Below are positions 23,357-30,944 of a stretch of DNA of 30,944 nucleotides, piece by piece. Below the pieces are notes generated by a model. The model searched no databases. It worked only from the letters and a program-made list of their open reading frames with translations, and was not told the origin of the DNA. Made by a program: the position numbers and the translations under genes. This DNA comes from a virus (taxonomy: Duplodnaviria > Caudoviricetes). Location: the IMG/VR virus record IMGVR_UViG_3300042549_002952, positions 1 through 30,944 of that record; one strand, 5' to 3'. Every line of letters starts with the position of its first letter. Within the stretch, counting starts at the first letter, position 1.

Positions 23357-23952
23357 TAGGCGACGACCGGATTGCGATACGGGCGCAGCATGCGCTCGAC
23401 ATCGGGATCAATCGCGCGCACGGTGATGGCTCCGAGATCGCCGAAGCCGGCGACGCCGAGAAGCGAGTCGCCACGCTTGACGAGTCGACCAGCAAGCAAG
23501 ATGCACGCCGAGGTAACTGGCGAAGGTACTGATGGCCATCCCCACTTGGCAGTGACCTGCAGGTAGGCAGGGGCGGCAGTGGTGAGGAACGAGAGGTTGA
23601 CCGGGCGAATCATCGTGATCGGTGAGCCCTTGGCCAGTGAGTTGACTGGCTCGAGCTGATACTGAGAAGCGGTGAGCGTTGTGGCGTAGGTGCCGTCTCC
23701 AGCCGAGTCGGTCTTGATGACCAAGCCAGTGGTCGTGGAGATGTCGTCGACCATGACGAGATCGCTGACCGGTGGAACGTAGAGCCGAGCGGTTGCTGCA
23801 GCGTCGGCATAAAAGCGGCGGTCGCAGTGTTGGTCGATGACTCGCGAGGCTTCTGTGATGCGTGCCTCGAGCATGGTGTCGTCGACGTTGTCATTGATGC
23901 GCATCACGCTCTTGAGCTCAGCAAGCGTGCAGTAGCCGTTGGTGATGGCCAT
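23356..23952 (-). CDS. Head-to-tail adaptor (gp6/gp15-like)
   Basis: YCTLAELKS...ASRVIDQHCDRRF...WGWPSVP...DPDVERMLRPYR. Confidence 0.85.
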   Translation of the reverse strand: MAITNGYCTLAELKSVMRINDNVDDTMLEARITEASRVIDQHCDRRFYADAAATARLYVPPVSDLVMVDDISTTTGLVIKTDSAGDGTYATTLTASQYQLEPVNSLAKGSPITMIRPVNLSFLTTAAPAYLQVTAKWGWPSVPSPVTSACILLAGRLVKRGDSLLGVAGFGDLGAITVRAIDPDVERMLRPYRNPVVA

Positions 23953-24479
23953 TAGATTCTCCAGACGCGGACATAGCCGCGGACGATTTCGTTAGCGCCA
24001 TGCTCGGCAAGGAACCACGCAACCTCTGAGCCTTTGCCCTGGTCGTCTCGGTTGTCGTCGACTGCGACGATCGAGCCAGGGGCCAGCAGGTTGAGAGCTG
24101 CCATGAGTTCGCTGAGGTGATGAGCGGCGGCTGGCTGCGGGTTCTCAAAGTCGACGTCGAAAGAGTCGAGGTAGAGAAAGTCGCAATGGCCGCTCAGTGT
24201 TGGGATCACATCAAGTGAGTCGCCGACGATGGCGGTCGTTGCTTGCAGTCCGAGTTCGGCGACAAGTTCGGCACCGAGTGGATTGATGTCGATCGTGGTG
24301 ACGGTGCCGCCGAGGTCGGTGGCGAGTTGGTCCCACACGATCGTTGACTGGCCGTCGCCTTCCCAGTTGCCTAGATCTCTGACGGTGCCGGTCTCAACGA
24401 TGCGACAGCCTTCGCCCAGCAGCTCGGCGATGGTGGCGAATGCTTCGTGCCTTTTGCCGAGTCGATCCCAGGCGATCAC
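23952..24479 (-). CDS. Class I SAM-dependent methyltransferase (Methyltransf_24-like)
   Basis: IVETGT, TTIDIN, GDSLDVI, DFLYLDS and IVAVDDN motifs. Confidence 0.82.
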   Translation of the reverse strand: MIAWDRLGKRHEAFATIAELLGEGCRIVETGTVRDLGNWEGDGQSTIVWDQLATDLGGTVTTIDINPLGAELVAELGLQATTAIVGDSLDVIPTLSGHCDFLYLDSFDVDFENPQPAAAHHLSELMAALNLLAPGSIVAVDDNRDDQGKGSEVAWFLAEHGANEIVRGYVRVWRI

Positions 24480-25756
24480 TTCGCCATCAGTTCGTCGATC
24501 TCGGCGAGCACTGGCAGCCAGTATTTGTCGAAGACGATCTTGTTGTCGTAGGTCTCAGCGTGTGCTCGAGCAGCAGCCTTTCGGTCTGCGTCTCGGGCGG
24601 TGTCGTAGGCGTGCTCAAGTTCCTCGAGCACTGAATGCACCAGCGGTGTGGCGAACCATGAGGTCTGCAGTGCGTCCCAGTAGGGCTGCACGGAGACGAG
24701 GTAGCCGTGACCTTCGACGAGCTCAGGCTGAGCGGTGAAGTTGGACACGATCGAGGGCACGCCGCAGGCGGCAGCTTCGATGACTGGGACGCCGAACCCT
24801 TCGCCTCGAGAGGCAGCAAGGTTGACATCCATGGCGCCCATGAGACCTGCCAGCACGAATGGCGGCAGACCTGCGTAGTAGGCCCACTGGTCAGTCCAGA
24901 CGATGCGGTTCTCAGGGATACCACAAGCGCCTGCGAGTTGGACGAGATCCACGCCGCCTTGTGCGCCACGTTTCTCGGTGTGCATGTAGACGTAGACATC
25001 GTCATGGCTGGCCATGAACTGGCCGAGCGCCAGCAGGTTCTCGCCCCATGCTTTGCGCATGGGTGCGATGCCCTTATTGGCAGCGACGATCCCGACCACG
25101 AATGCGTCGTCGGGGATCTTGAGAAGTTGGCGACCTGTCGCACCGTCAACGGTTGCGCCTGGTCGGAACGTGTGAGTGTCGACGCCGTGTGGAATGTAGC
25201 GATGGTCGACGCCGGCAGCCTCGAGCATGCGTGCGCCATAGTTCGCCATTGCGATCGGCAGCACATTTTCTCGGCGGCACCATTCGAGAACGTCCGGCGG
25301 TGCGGGCGTGTGATCGATTGGCACCCATGAAGCGATGACTTTGATGTCGTCGAGCTTGGCGCCTTTGAACACCCAAGTGTCGAAGAGTGTGACTAGAGCG
25401 CTGGGTCGACCGGTTTGTTCTTGGGAGTATTTGAGGTGGGCGTCGAGGATGTCTGCCGAGTAGGGGTGGAAGCCGGTCGGGAGGACTTCGATGCCTTCCC
25501 ATTCGGTGATGAAGCCTTGCGTGCCGTAGTTGTTGGAGAGGGTGATGGGTCGGCCGGTGGCTTTGATTTGGCGCGCGACTTGCGCGGTTTGGACGCCGTA
25601 GCCGGTGCCTGCTCCTGCGAAGTTTGAGTGCCAGCAGATTCCTGCACGGGTGTCGCCACTGACGCTTCGACTAGGTACTGCGCCAGGTACGGAGGTAACT
25701 CGACCTCTGTGTTGCGGATTACCACCCACATGTGAATTGCTCCGTCTCTTGCCCAT
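24476..25756 (-). CDS. GT4-family (GT-B) glycosyltransferase
   Basis: TGYGVQT, IPHGVDTHTFRP, SRGEGFGVPVIEAAACGVPSIVS (E-x7-E motif); RBS GAGGAG. Confidence 0.9.
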   Translation of the reverse strand: MGKRRSNSHVGGNPQHRGRVTSVPGAVPSRSVSGDTRAGICWHSNFAGAGTGYGVQTAQVARQIKATGRPITLSNNYGTQGFITEWEGIEVLPTGFHPYSADILDAHLKYSQEQTGRPSALVTLFDTWVFKGAKLDDIKVIASWVPIDHTPAPPDVLEWCRRENVLPIAMANYGARMLEAAGVDHRYIPHGVDTHTFRPGATVDGATGRQLLKIPDDAFVVGIVAANKGIAPMRKAWGENLLALGQFMASHDDVYVYMHTEKRGAQGGVDLVQLAGACGIPENRIVWTDQWAYYAGLPPFVLAGLMGAMDVNLAASRGEGFGVPVIEAAACGVPSIVSNFTAQPELVEGHGYLVSVQPYWDALQTSWFATPLVHSVLEELEHAYDTARDADRKAAARAHAETYDNKIVFDKYWLPVLAEIDELMAK

Positions 25757-25785
25757 GATGCTCCTCGCCCGATTGCCGTGTGTGC

Positions 25786-25840
25786 TGTCTGGTTGGCCGG
25801 TGGTGGCTCGCACGGGCAACGAGCCACCACCAACCAGACA
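25786..25840 (-). terminator. Long hairpin after the capsid gene (terminator / attenuator / processing site)
   Basis: 12-bp stem 25799-25810/25820-25831 plus 9-bp stem 25786-25794/25832-25840; no U tract. Confidence 0.55.
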
Positions 25841-25866
25841 AAGCCCGAAAAGGGGTTAGCGTCCGA

Positions 25867-27075
25867 TCAGGACGCGCCACCCTTGTAAAACTTCACTGCG
25901 TTGGAATCGACGACCGCGCCGTCCCCACGCCATGTGACGCGGAAGGTGATGAGGTCATTGACGAAGCCGACGCTGTCATCGCGTGCGAAGTCGATGCCAC
26001 GAACCTGGCGGACGTAGTACGCCGATGCCATGTCACCGAAGATGACCGACTTTGCGCCAGTTCCTGTAGCAACCACGTCTGGGTTTTCCAGAACGGCGTA
26101 GCCGAGCAGCTGATCAGGGGCATTGTCTTGGAACGACGGCTGCCAGATGTAGCTGCCGTTGCCGTCCTTGATCTTGCGAACTGCAGCGACGGTGCTTGCG
26201 TTCATTTGGAACGAAGCGCCGCGACGGCGGTAAGGAGATCCAACCGAGTAGACGAGGTCCACGAGGTTCTCGTAGGTCGGAACGCCAGAGACGCCAGTGC
26301 CACCGGTGACGGCTGAGCCGGCTCCGTTAACAATGCCGTTCGGCTGTGTGGTTCCGGTGCCGACAGTGAGGCCAGCGTTAACCGCTGTGCCCATGCCGAC
26401 TGCAGCCTGGCGGGCGACGAAGTCAAGCAAGTTGATGCCTGAATCTTCGACAACCTCACGGCTGAGCTGGAACGTGGCGGCGTACTTGAACGCACCAAGG
26501 GTGACGAACGCTGCGAACGTCGGGTCGGATTCCGTGATTGCTGTGCCTTCACCGATGATTGCTGGAGCGGTGTAGGTAGCGGTGCGCGGGATCTGAAGCG
26601 ACTCGCCACTGTTCGTGGTGAGGATGGTGACGACGTTGCCGTCAAGCATTGGGCCTTGAATGACGAGGTGTTCAACGAGCTGGTCGTAGAACGAGGTCGG
26701 CACTGGTGCGCCGGTGCTGGACTTGGTGACATCACGCTTGTCGAACGAGAACGAACGACGCTCGCCAAGGGCGATTTCACGAATGATGTCGCTGTCGTTC
26801 TTCTCGGCAGGAGCAACGGCACGAGTGCCGAAGTCAGCCGGGACGCCGAGAGCGGCGCGTGATTCGTCGATTGCACGCTCGCGTGCTTCGATGTCGATGA
26901 TGTTCTTGCGACGGGCATCGAGTGCATCGATGTCGTCGTTCATGCGGGTGAACTGTTCGGCTTCTTCACCGGACAGGTCACGGTTCTCGGACGCTGCGTG
27001 ATCGAGAAGAGACTTAGCTTCTTCCCAGGTACGCGCGCGCTGTTCCGAGAGGCGAGTGACGAGTTCGTCAGTCAT
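25867..27075 (-). CDS. Major capsid protein (HK97 fold, with N-terminal delta domain)
   Basis: Coiled-coil N-terminus; GEGTAITES, GTGTTQPNG, IRKIKDGNGSYIWQP-like segment, VIFGD; RBS GGAGG. Confidence 0.95.
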   Translation of the reverse strand: MTDELVTRLSEQRARTWEEAKSLLDHAASENRDLSGEEAEQFTRMNDDIDALDARRKNIIDIEARERAIDESRAALGVPADFGTRAVAPAEKNDSDIIREIALGERRSFSFDKRDVTKSSTGAPVPTSFYDQLVEHLVIQGPMLDGNVVTILTTNSGESLQIPRTATYTAPAIIGEGTAITESDPTFAAFVTLGAFKYAATFQLSREVVEDSGINLLDFVARQAAVGMGTAVNAGLTVGTGTTQPNGIVNGAGSAVTGGTGVSGVPTYENLVDLVYSVGSPYRRRGASFQMNASTVAAVRKIKDGNGSYIWQPSFQDNAPDQLLGYAVLENPDVVATGTGAKSVIFGDMASAYYVRQVRGIDFARDDSVGFVNDLITFRVTWRGDGAVVDSNAVKFYKGGAS

Positions 27076-27184
27076 GGTTGCCTCCGTGGCGGTTGGGTTG
27101 GGTTAGTGAGTGCAGGTGGTGGTCGATCGGTGGTTGCGCATGGGGGGCGCTCCGGGCGATGGCTCCGAGCTGCAGATTCGATGC

Positions 27185-27922
27185 TCAGCGCTTGGCGTTG
27201 AGCTCGAGCATGCGACGAGCAAGATCGACTGGCAGACCGTCTTCGGCTGCGTCGACTGGCTCGGCGATTTCTTCGGTGCTGCGAACTTGTGCACCTTCTG
27301 TGGCGGGGTAGGCGGGAAAGCCAGTCACCACTGAGACTTCGTGCAAGATGATCTCCCGCAGTTCACGCGAGCTGCCATCCTCAGACCATGAGTCGCCGCC
27401 ACGAGGCACCGAGAAGCCGAAGCTCATCGAGTGCACATCGCCGCGCTGCATGAGAATTGAGAGGTCGCGTCCGTAGGTGGTGTCGGGAAGTTCGGCTTCG
27501 ACGTACAGACCACGATCATCTTCGCTGAGCGACAACGTCGCAGAGCGTGTGCTTGCCAGCACCTGGTCGGTGTTGTGATTCAAGAACATGCGCTTCTCGC
27601 TGTCTGATTTCAGCGAGCGACGAAACGCACCAGGGGCGATGGTCTCGATAAAGGGCAGCGGCTCCGATGGGGAGTTGAAAACTGCGGCGTAACCAGCGAA
27701 CCGCATCGGCATCTCGGTGTCGGCTTCTACAGCTCGAAGCTGCAGGCCGTCGACCTCAACGGTGCGGAACTCGACATCGCGACCGCCGATGCGGCGGTTC
27801 TCGATCTCTACGGCGGTGTAGCGAACAGGGGTTTGTTCGGGCATGGTTTCATCCATTGGCTCAGAGACAGGCCCCTGCGCCGTGTCTTGGTTCAGCTCTT
27901 CGGTCATTGCGATCTCCATCAT
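27185..27922 (-). CDS. HK97-family prohead protease
   Basis: FAGYAAVFNS, ETIAPGAF, FLNHN, MSFGF, LHEVSVVTGFPAY. Confidence 0.95.
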   Translation of the reverse strand: MMEIAMTEELNQDTAQGPVSEPMDETMPEQTPVRYTAVEIENRRIGGRDVEFRTVEVDGLQLRAVEADTEMPMRFAGYAAVFNSPSEPLPFIETIAPGAFRRSLKSDSEKRMFLNHNTDQVLASTRSATLSLSEDDRGLYVEAELPDTTYGRDLSILMQRGDVHSMSFGFSVPRGGDSWSEDGSSRELREIILHEVSVVTGFPAYPATEGAQVRSTEEIAEPVDAAEDGLPVDLARRMLELNAKR

Positions 27923-29088
27923 CGGATCGGTGGCTCAGCGTCTGTGCCGACTGGCGGTTGCGCTTCGCTTGTGCCTGCGACGATCGCGCCTGGCAGGACC
28001 ATGACGAACTCGTCGCCGCCTGGATAGGGCTCTTGGCCTTCACGCTCACGCGCTTCGTTCGGCGTCAAGATGCCCGACATGATTGCGCTTTGATAGGCAC
28101 GGATGCGTTCGGTGGTGTTGGCACGAAGGAACGCTGAGGTGTCGAACTTGATCTCGCGAGGTGCAACCATCAGACCGCTTAGCGCGCGCTCGATGCGCAC
28201 AAGCCACGGCAGCAACGTGTAGGTGACGAAGTGCATGCCAGCGGATTCGTTGTTCTGGTAGGTCTGTGAGTCGCCGCGTGCGCCGATCATGTAGTTCGGC
28301 ACACGGAAGATGCGCGCGATGTCGTTGATCGTCTGCTCACGAGACTCGGCCAGTTCCATGTCCTGAGCCGAGGCGGTGATTGGCTTCCACTTCATGCCGT
28401 TGGTAAGAACGGCAGGGCGACGCTTGCGGCGATGTGAGGTTTCCCACGTTGCCTGCAGAACCTTCGCCTGGTCTGTGGTCATGTCGCCGTCGACCTCGAG
28501 CACCGACGAAGGCGTTGCGCCTTCGGAGTACCACTGGTTGACGAAGCGTGCCTGAGCGAGTGCGAGGCCGATGGTGTTGCGCTGCATCTCGATCGGTGAC
28601 AGACCGACTGCAGATTGCGGCGGTGTCCACCAGCGCAAGTGCAGCATGTTGTTGAGATCGATGACGATGCCGTTCGTCGTGTAGTACCGCTGGCGGTTGA
28701 CGATGTTGACCTGCACGTTCGTCGGGTGCAGCGGTGTCAGCATGATCGGGGCGTTTGTGTTCACGTCTCGGTCGACGTAGATGTACGCGTTGCCGTGCAG
28801 GGCAAGCGAGGTCACGATCATGTGGATGAGTTCGTACTGCGTGTGTTCGGTCGAGCTGTCGATCCACTTAGGGATCTGCACTGGCTCGGTGCGATCGCCA
28901 ACGTGGCGGATGCCACGCATAGGCAGCGATGCGACAGAGTCGGCGATCAGCGACACACACGCCATGAGGGCTGTGACCTCGAGGGCGGTGGACTCGGTGA
29001 TTGATTCGCCTGACCAGTTGGTCGTCGGCAGCCACACGGAGGTGCGCACTGGGTCAGGATTCAGCGCGCGTTTTGCAAAGATACTCAT
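27919..29088 (-). CDS. Portal protein (HK97 family)
   Basis: ACVSLIADSVASLP, LHGNAY, GLSPI, IARIFRVP, ILTPNEAR. Confidence 0.95.
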   Translation of the reverse strand: MSIFAKRALNPDPVRTSVWLPTTNWSGESITESTALEVTALMACVSLIADSVASLPMRGIRHVGDRTEPVQIPKWIDSSTEHTQYELIHMIVTSLALHGNAYIYVDRDVNTNAPIMLTPLHPTNVQVNIVNRQRYYTTNGIVIDLNNMLHLRWWTPPQSAVGLSPIEMQRNTIGLALAQARFVNQWYSEGATPSSVLEVDGDMTTDQAKVLQATWETSHRRKRRPAVLTNGMKWKPITASAQDMELAESREQTINDIARIFRVPNYMIGARGDSQTYQNNESAGMHFVTYTLLPWLVRIERALSGLMVAPREIKFDTSAFLRANTTERIRAYQSAIMSGILTPNEAREREGQEPYPGGDEFVMVLPGAIVAGTSEAQPPVGTDAEPPIR

Positions 29089-29228
29089 CGGTTAGCCACC
29101 AGGAATGAAGCGCAGATCGCCAGCACGCCGGCGGCGATCAATGCGGCAGGGATTGAAAGCATCGCGACACCAGCCACGATGAGTGCAGCGCCGATGAGCT
29201 CGACGATGGTGGTGAGTAGTTCACTCAT
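29085..29228 (-). CDS. Small two-TM protein between terL and portal (47 aa)
   Basis: MSELLTTIVELIGAALIVAGVAMLSIPAALIAAGVLAICASFLVANR; coupled overlaps. Confidence 0.7.
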   Translation of the reverse strand: MSELLTTIVELIGAALIVAGVAMLSIPAALIAAGVLAICASFLVANR

Positions 29229-30678
29229 CAGTCAGGCTCCAAGGGTCGACGATCTGCGGGGTTCCCTGCGGACGCAGCTCGGGCGCAACGTGCGCCTGCA
29301 GTGCAAGAGTTGCGGCGACAAGTGGTGACACGTCGACGCTGTTATCGCGTCGATGCCATGCCCACGCATCGCCGAGGTTTCGTTTCTTTGATCCAGCGAC
29401 CGCAGCGTTCAGCGGCACCTGGTCAATGTGGCGCAAGGTGCCTTGCGTTGCGAGGTCGTAGAACTTGCCGCAGCCGGCAACCATTTGCCGTGTGCCAACC
29501 TCGACGATCTGCAAGCCAAGGTTGCGAAGATCAGACACCAGCGAGTTCGCACCCGATACCGGGTCGATCACGATGGTTCGATAGGTGCGCACACGATCTT
29601 CGGCGGCGAACCAATCCAGCACCCATGAGGTGCCTGGTCGGTTGCCGATCACTTCGACATGGGCTGCGCCATCTGAGCGAGTGCCAGCGGCGCACAGTGA
29701 CGCCATCGAGCGTGAAGGTGTGACATCAAGAGCGATGGTCGGCTGGTCAGCGATTGCGCTTGAGGTGTCGGCGCAGGCTTTCCAGTCTTCTTCGCTGATG
29801 ATCTGCCACGGTGCAGCAGCTGCTCGATCTTGGCGTTGGTTCAGATACGCGCGCCGGAACTCAGGTTCACGCATCGATTCAAAGTCAGACCGAATGGCTT
29901 CGATCGGCACGGTGATCCCAAGCGCCGGCATGCACGCACGCCAGGTGTCGGGGTCGCTGATCTCAGCGTCTTCGGGTGCTGACCATTCAAAGAAGGCGAC
30001 CGAAGAGGTCTGCCCGGACGAAGCACGAATGCGACCGTCGTCGATCTTCTCGTTCAGGTAGAGCGAGTCTTCGGTGCCGGCGGTGGAGACGATCCACAGT
30101 TGTGGCTGAGGGCGCGTGACCATTGCCGGTTTCATTGCTTGCTCGAGGCGGTCGTCGACGTAGCTGAACGCTTCGTCGAGAACGCCGAGGTCAGCCTGTG
30201 CGCCGTGGCCGGCGCTTTCGGTGGTGGCCAGCAGCGACCAGATCGAGCCGTTGTCCCAGCGAATCGCTTCACTGCCGTTGGTGCGTCGCACCTGGATGAG
30301 CTTGCCGAGCGCCGAGCGCTCAAGTACGGGGACGTGTTCGTCTTCCCATTTGAGTCGTGCGTCTTTGCCGGTCTGTGCGGTGTAGAAGATCCGCTGCCGG
30401 TTGCCCATCGCAATGCAGCGGTGAGTCATCGCCGCCAGCATCAGCGTCGTCTTGCCGGACTGGCGAGGAACGGTGAGGCGCACTTCTCGATAGGCAAGTC
30501 GGCCGGTGTCTTCGTCGAGTTCGTAGGCGATGTCAGCAACGTGTCGCTGCCATGGCATCAGAGGTGTGCCGAGAAGCTCAGCGATCTGCGCGACTTTCCC
30601 ACCTAGCGTTGGGCGGTCGGTTCGTGGTGTCGACCATCGGGGCGGACAGTTCAGCAAGGAACTTTGAGAGATCGTCAT
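29221..30678 (-). CDS. terL: Terminase large subunit
   Basis: LMPWQ, VPRQSGKTT Walker A, GVLDEA Walker B, VSTAG, ALDV nuclease motif. Start uncertain (30678 or 30690). Confidence 0.95.
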   Translation of the reverse strand: MTISQSSLLNCPPRWSTPRTDRPTLGGKVAQIAELLGTPLMPWQRHVADIAYELDEDTGRLAYREVRLTVPRQSGKTTLMLAAMTHRCIAMGNRQRIFYTAQTGKDARLKWEDEHVPVLERSALGKLIQVRRTNGSEAIRWDNGSIWSLLATTESAGHGAQADLGVLDEAFSYVDDRLEQAMKPAMVTRPQPQLWIVSTAGTEDSLYLNEKIDDGRIRASSGQTSSVAFFEWSAPEDAEISDPDTWRACMPALGITVPIEAIRSDFESMREPEFRRAYLNQRQDRAAAAPWQIISEEDWKACADTSSAIADQPTIALDVTPSRSMASLCAAGTRSDGAAHVEVIGNRPGTSWVLDWFAAEDRVRTYRTIVIDPVSGANSLVSDLRNLGLQIVEVGTRQMVAGCGKFYDLATQGTLRHIDQVPLNAAVAGSKKRNLGDAWAWHRRDNSVDVSPLVAATLALQAHVAPELRPQGTPQIVDPWSLTDE

Positions 30679-30883
30679 CGGTGTCGCCATTGCCGCGACC
30701 TTCCAGTTCTGACAGCGTTGCCCGTAGTTCACGCGAGATGGCAGCTGTCGCCATCCCTGCGTCGCCGTCGAGAGCTTTCGCAAGAGTCACCGCAAGGCGA
30801 CCTCGAGCATCGTCGACGACAGAGATCTCGAGCTGGCGCAACGTGGAGCGCACAGCCTTCTCATTTGGGCCTTGAGTGGCCAT
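30578..30883 (-). CDS. terS: Terminase small subunit
   Basis: Helical 101 aa protein upstream of terL; LAVTLAKALD...AAISRELRATLSEL. Confidence 0.78.
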   Translation of the reverse strand: MATQGPNEKAVRSTLRQLEISVVDDARGRLAVTLAKALDGDAGMATAAISRELRATLSELEGRGNGDTDDDLSKFLAELSAPMVDTTNRPPNARWESRADR

Positions 30884-30944
30884 AAAGACTCCGATCCCTT
30901 ACGCCCCTTGGCTCCCCCGCACCCTCATGGGGGGGAAGGGCTGG

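Larger units (their letters stand above)
1..30944. mobile_element. Temperate siphovirus-like actinobacteriophage genome, probably complete (free/excised form with intact attP)
   Basis: Full set of packaging, head, tail, lysis, integration, immunity and replication modules and no host genes. Joining the ends gives the canonical HNH -> terS -> terL order. Confidence 0.93.

Overview
The window looks like a complete or nearly complete genome (~30.9 kb) of a temperate, HK97-type, long-tailed (siphovirus-like) phage, opened between the HNH gene and the small terminase. WhiB, Rpf, an r1t-type holin and a GC-rich sequence point to an actinobacterial host. Almost all genes are on the minus strand. Reading from the right end: terS/terL, portal, prohead protease, major capsid, an inserted glycosyltransferase + methyltransferase pair, head-tail and tail genes with a -1 frameshift chaperone, tape measure, minor tails and an amidase endolysin. 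Next comes a four-gene insert (metallophosphoesterase, DUF6378-like protein, membrane protein, proteasome-beta/HslV-like Thr protease), then the holin, an attP carrying the 3' half of a tRNA-Leu(UAA), a tyrosine integrase and a divergent XRE repressor / excisionase switch. The early operon holds a Holliday junction resolvase, WhiB, a PD-(D/E)XK exonuclease, an SSB-like protein, a free-standing secreted Rpf, HNH genes and a primase-helicase with embedded iteron-like repeats. The most notable items are the stand-alone exported Rpf, the protease/phosphoesterase module inside the lysis cassette, the GT/MTase pair in the head operon, a possible link between the tRNA-Leu(UAA) integration target and the TTA-containing frameshift site, several structured intergenic elements, and recurrent C-terminal Ala-Ala tails on early proteins. 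All calls come from motif recognition by eye; no database searches were run. Several starts were moved from the ORF track to fit RBS and ATGA/GTGA overlaps.
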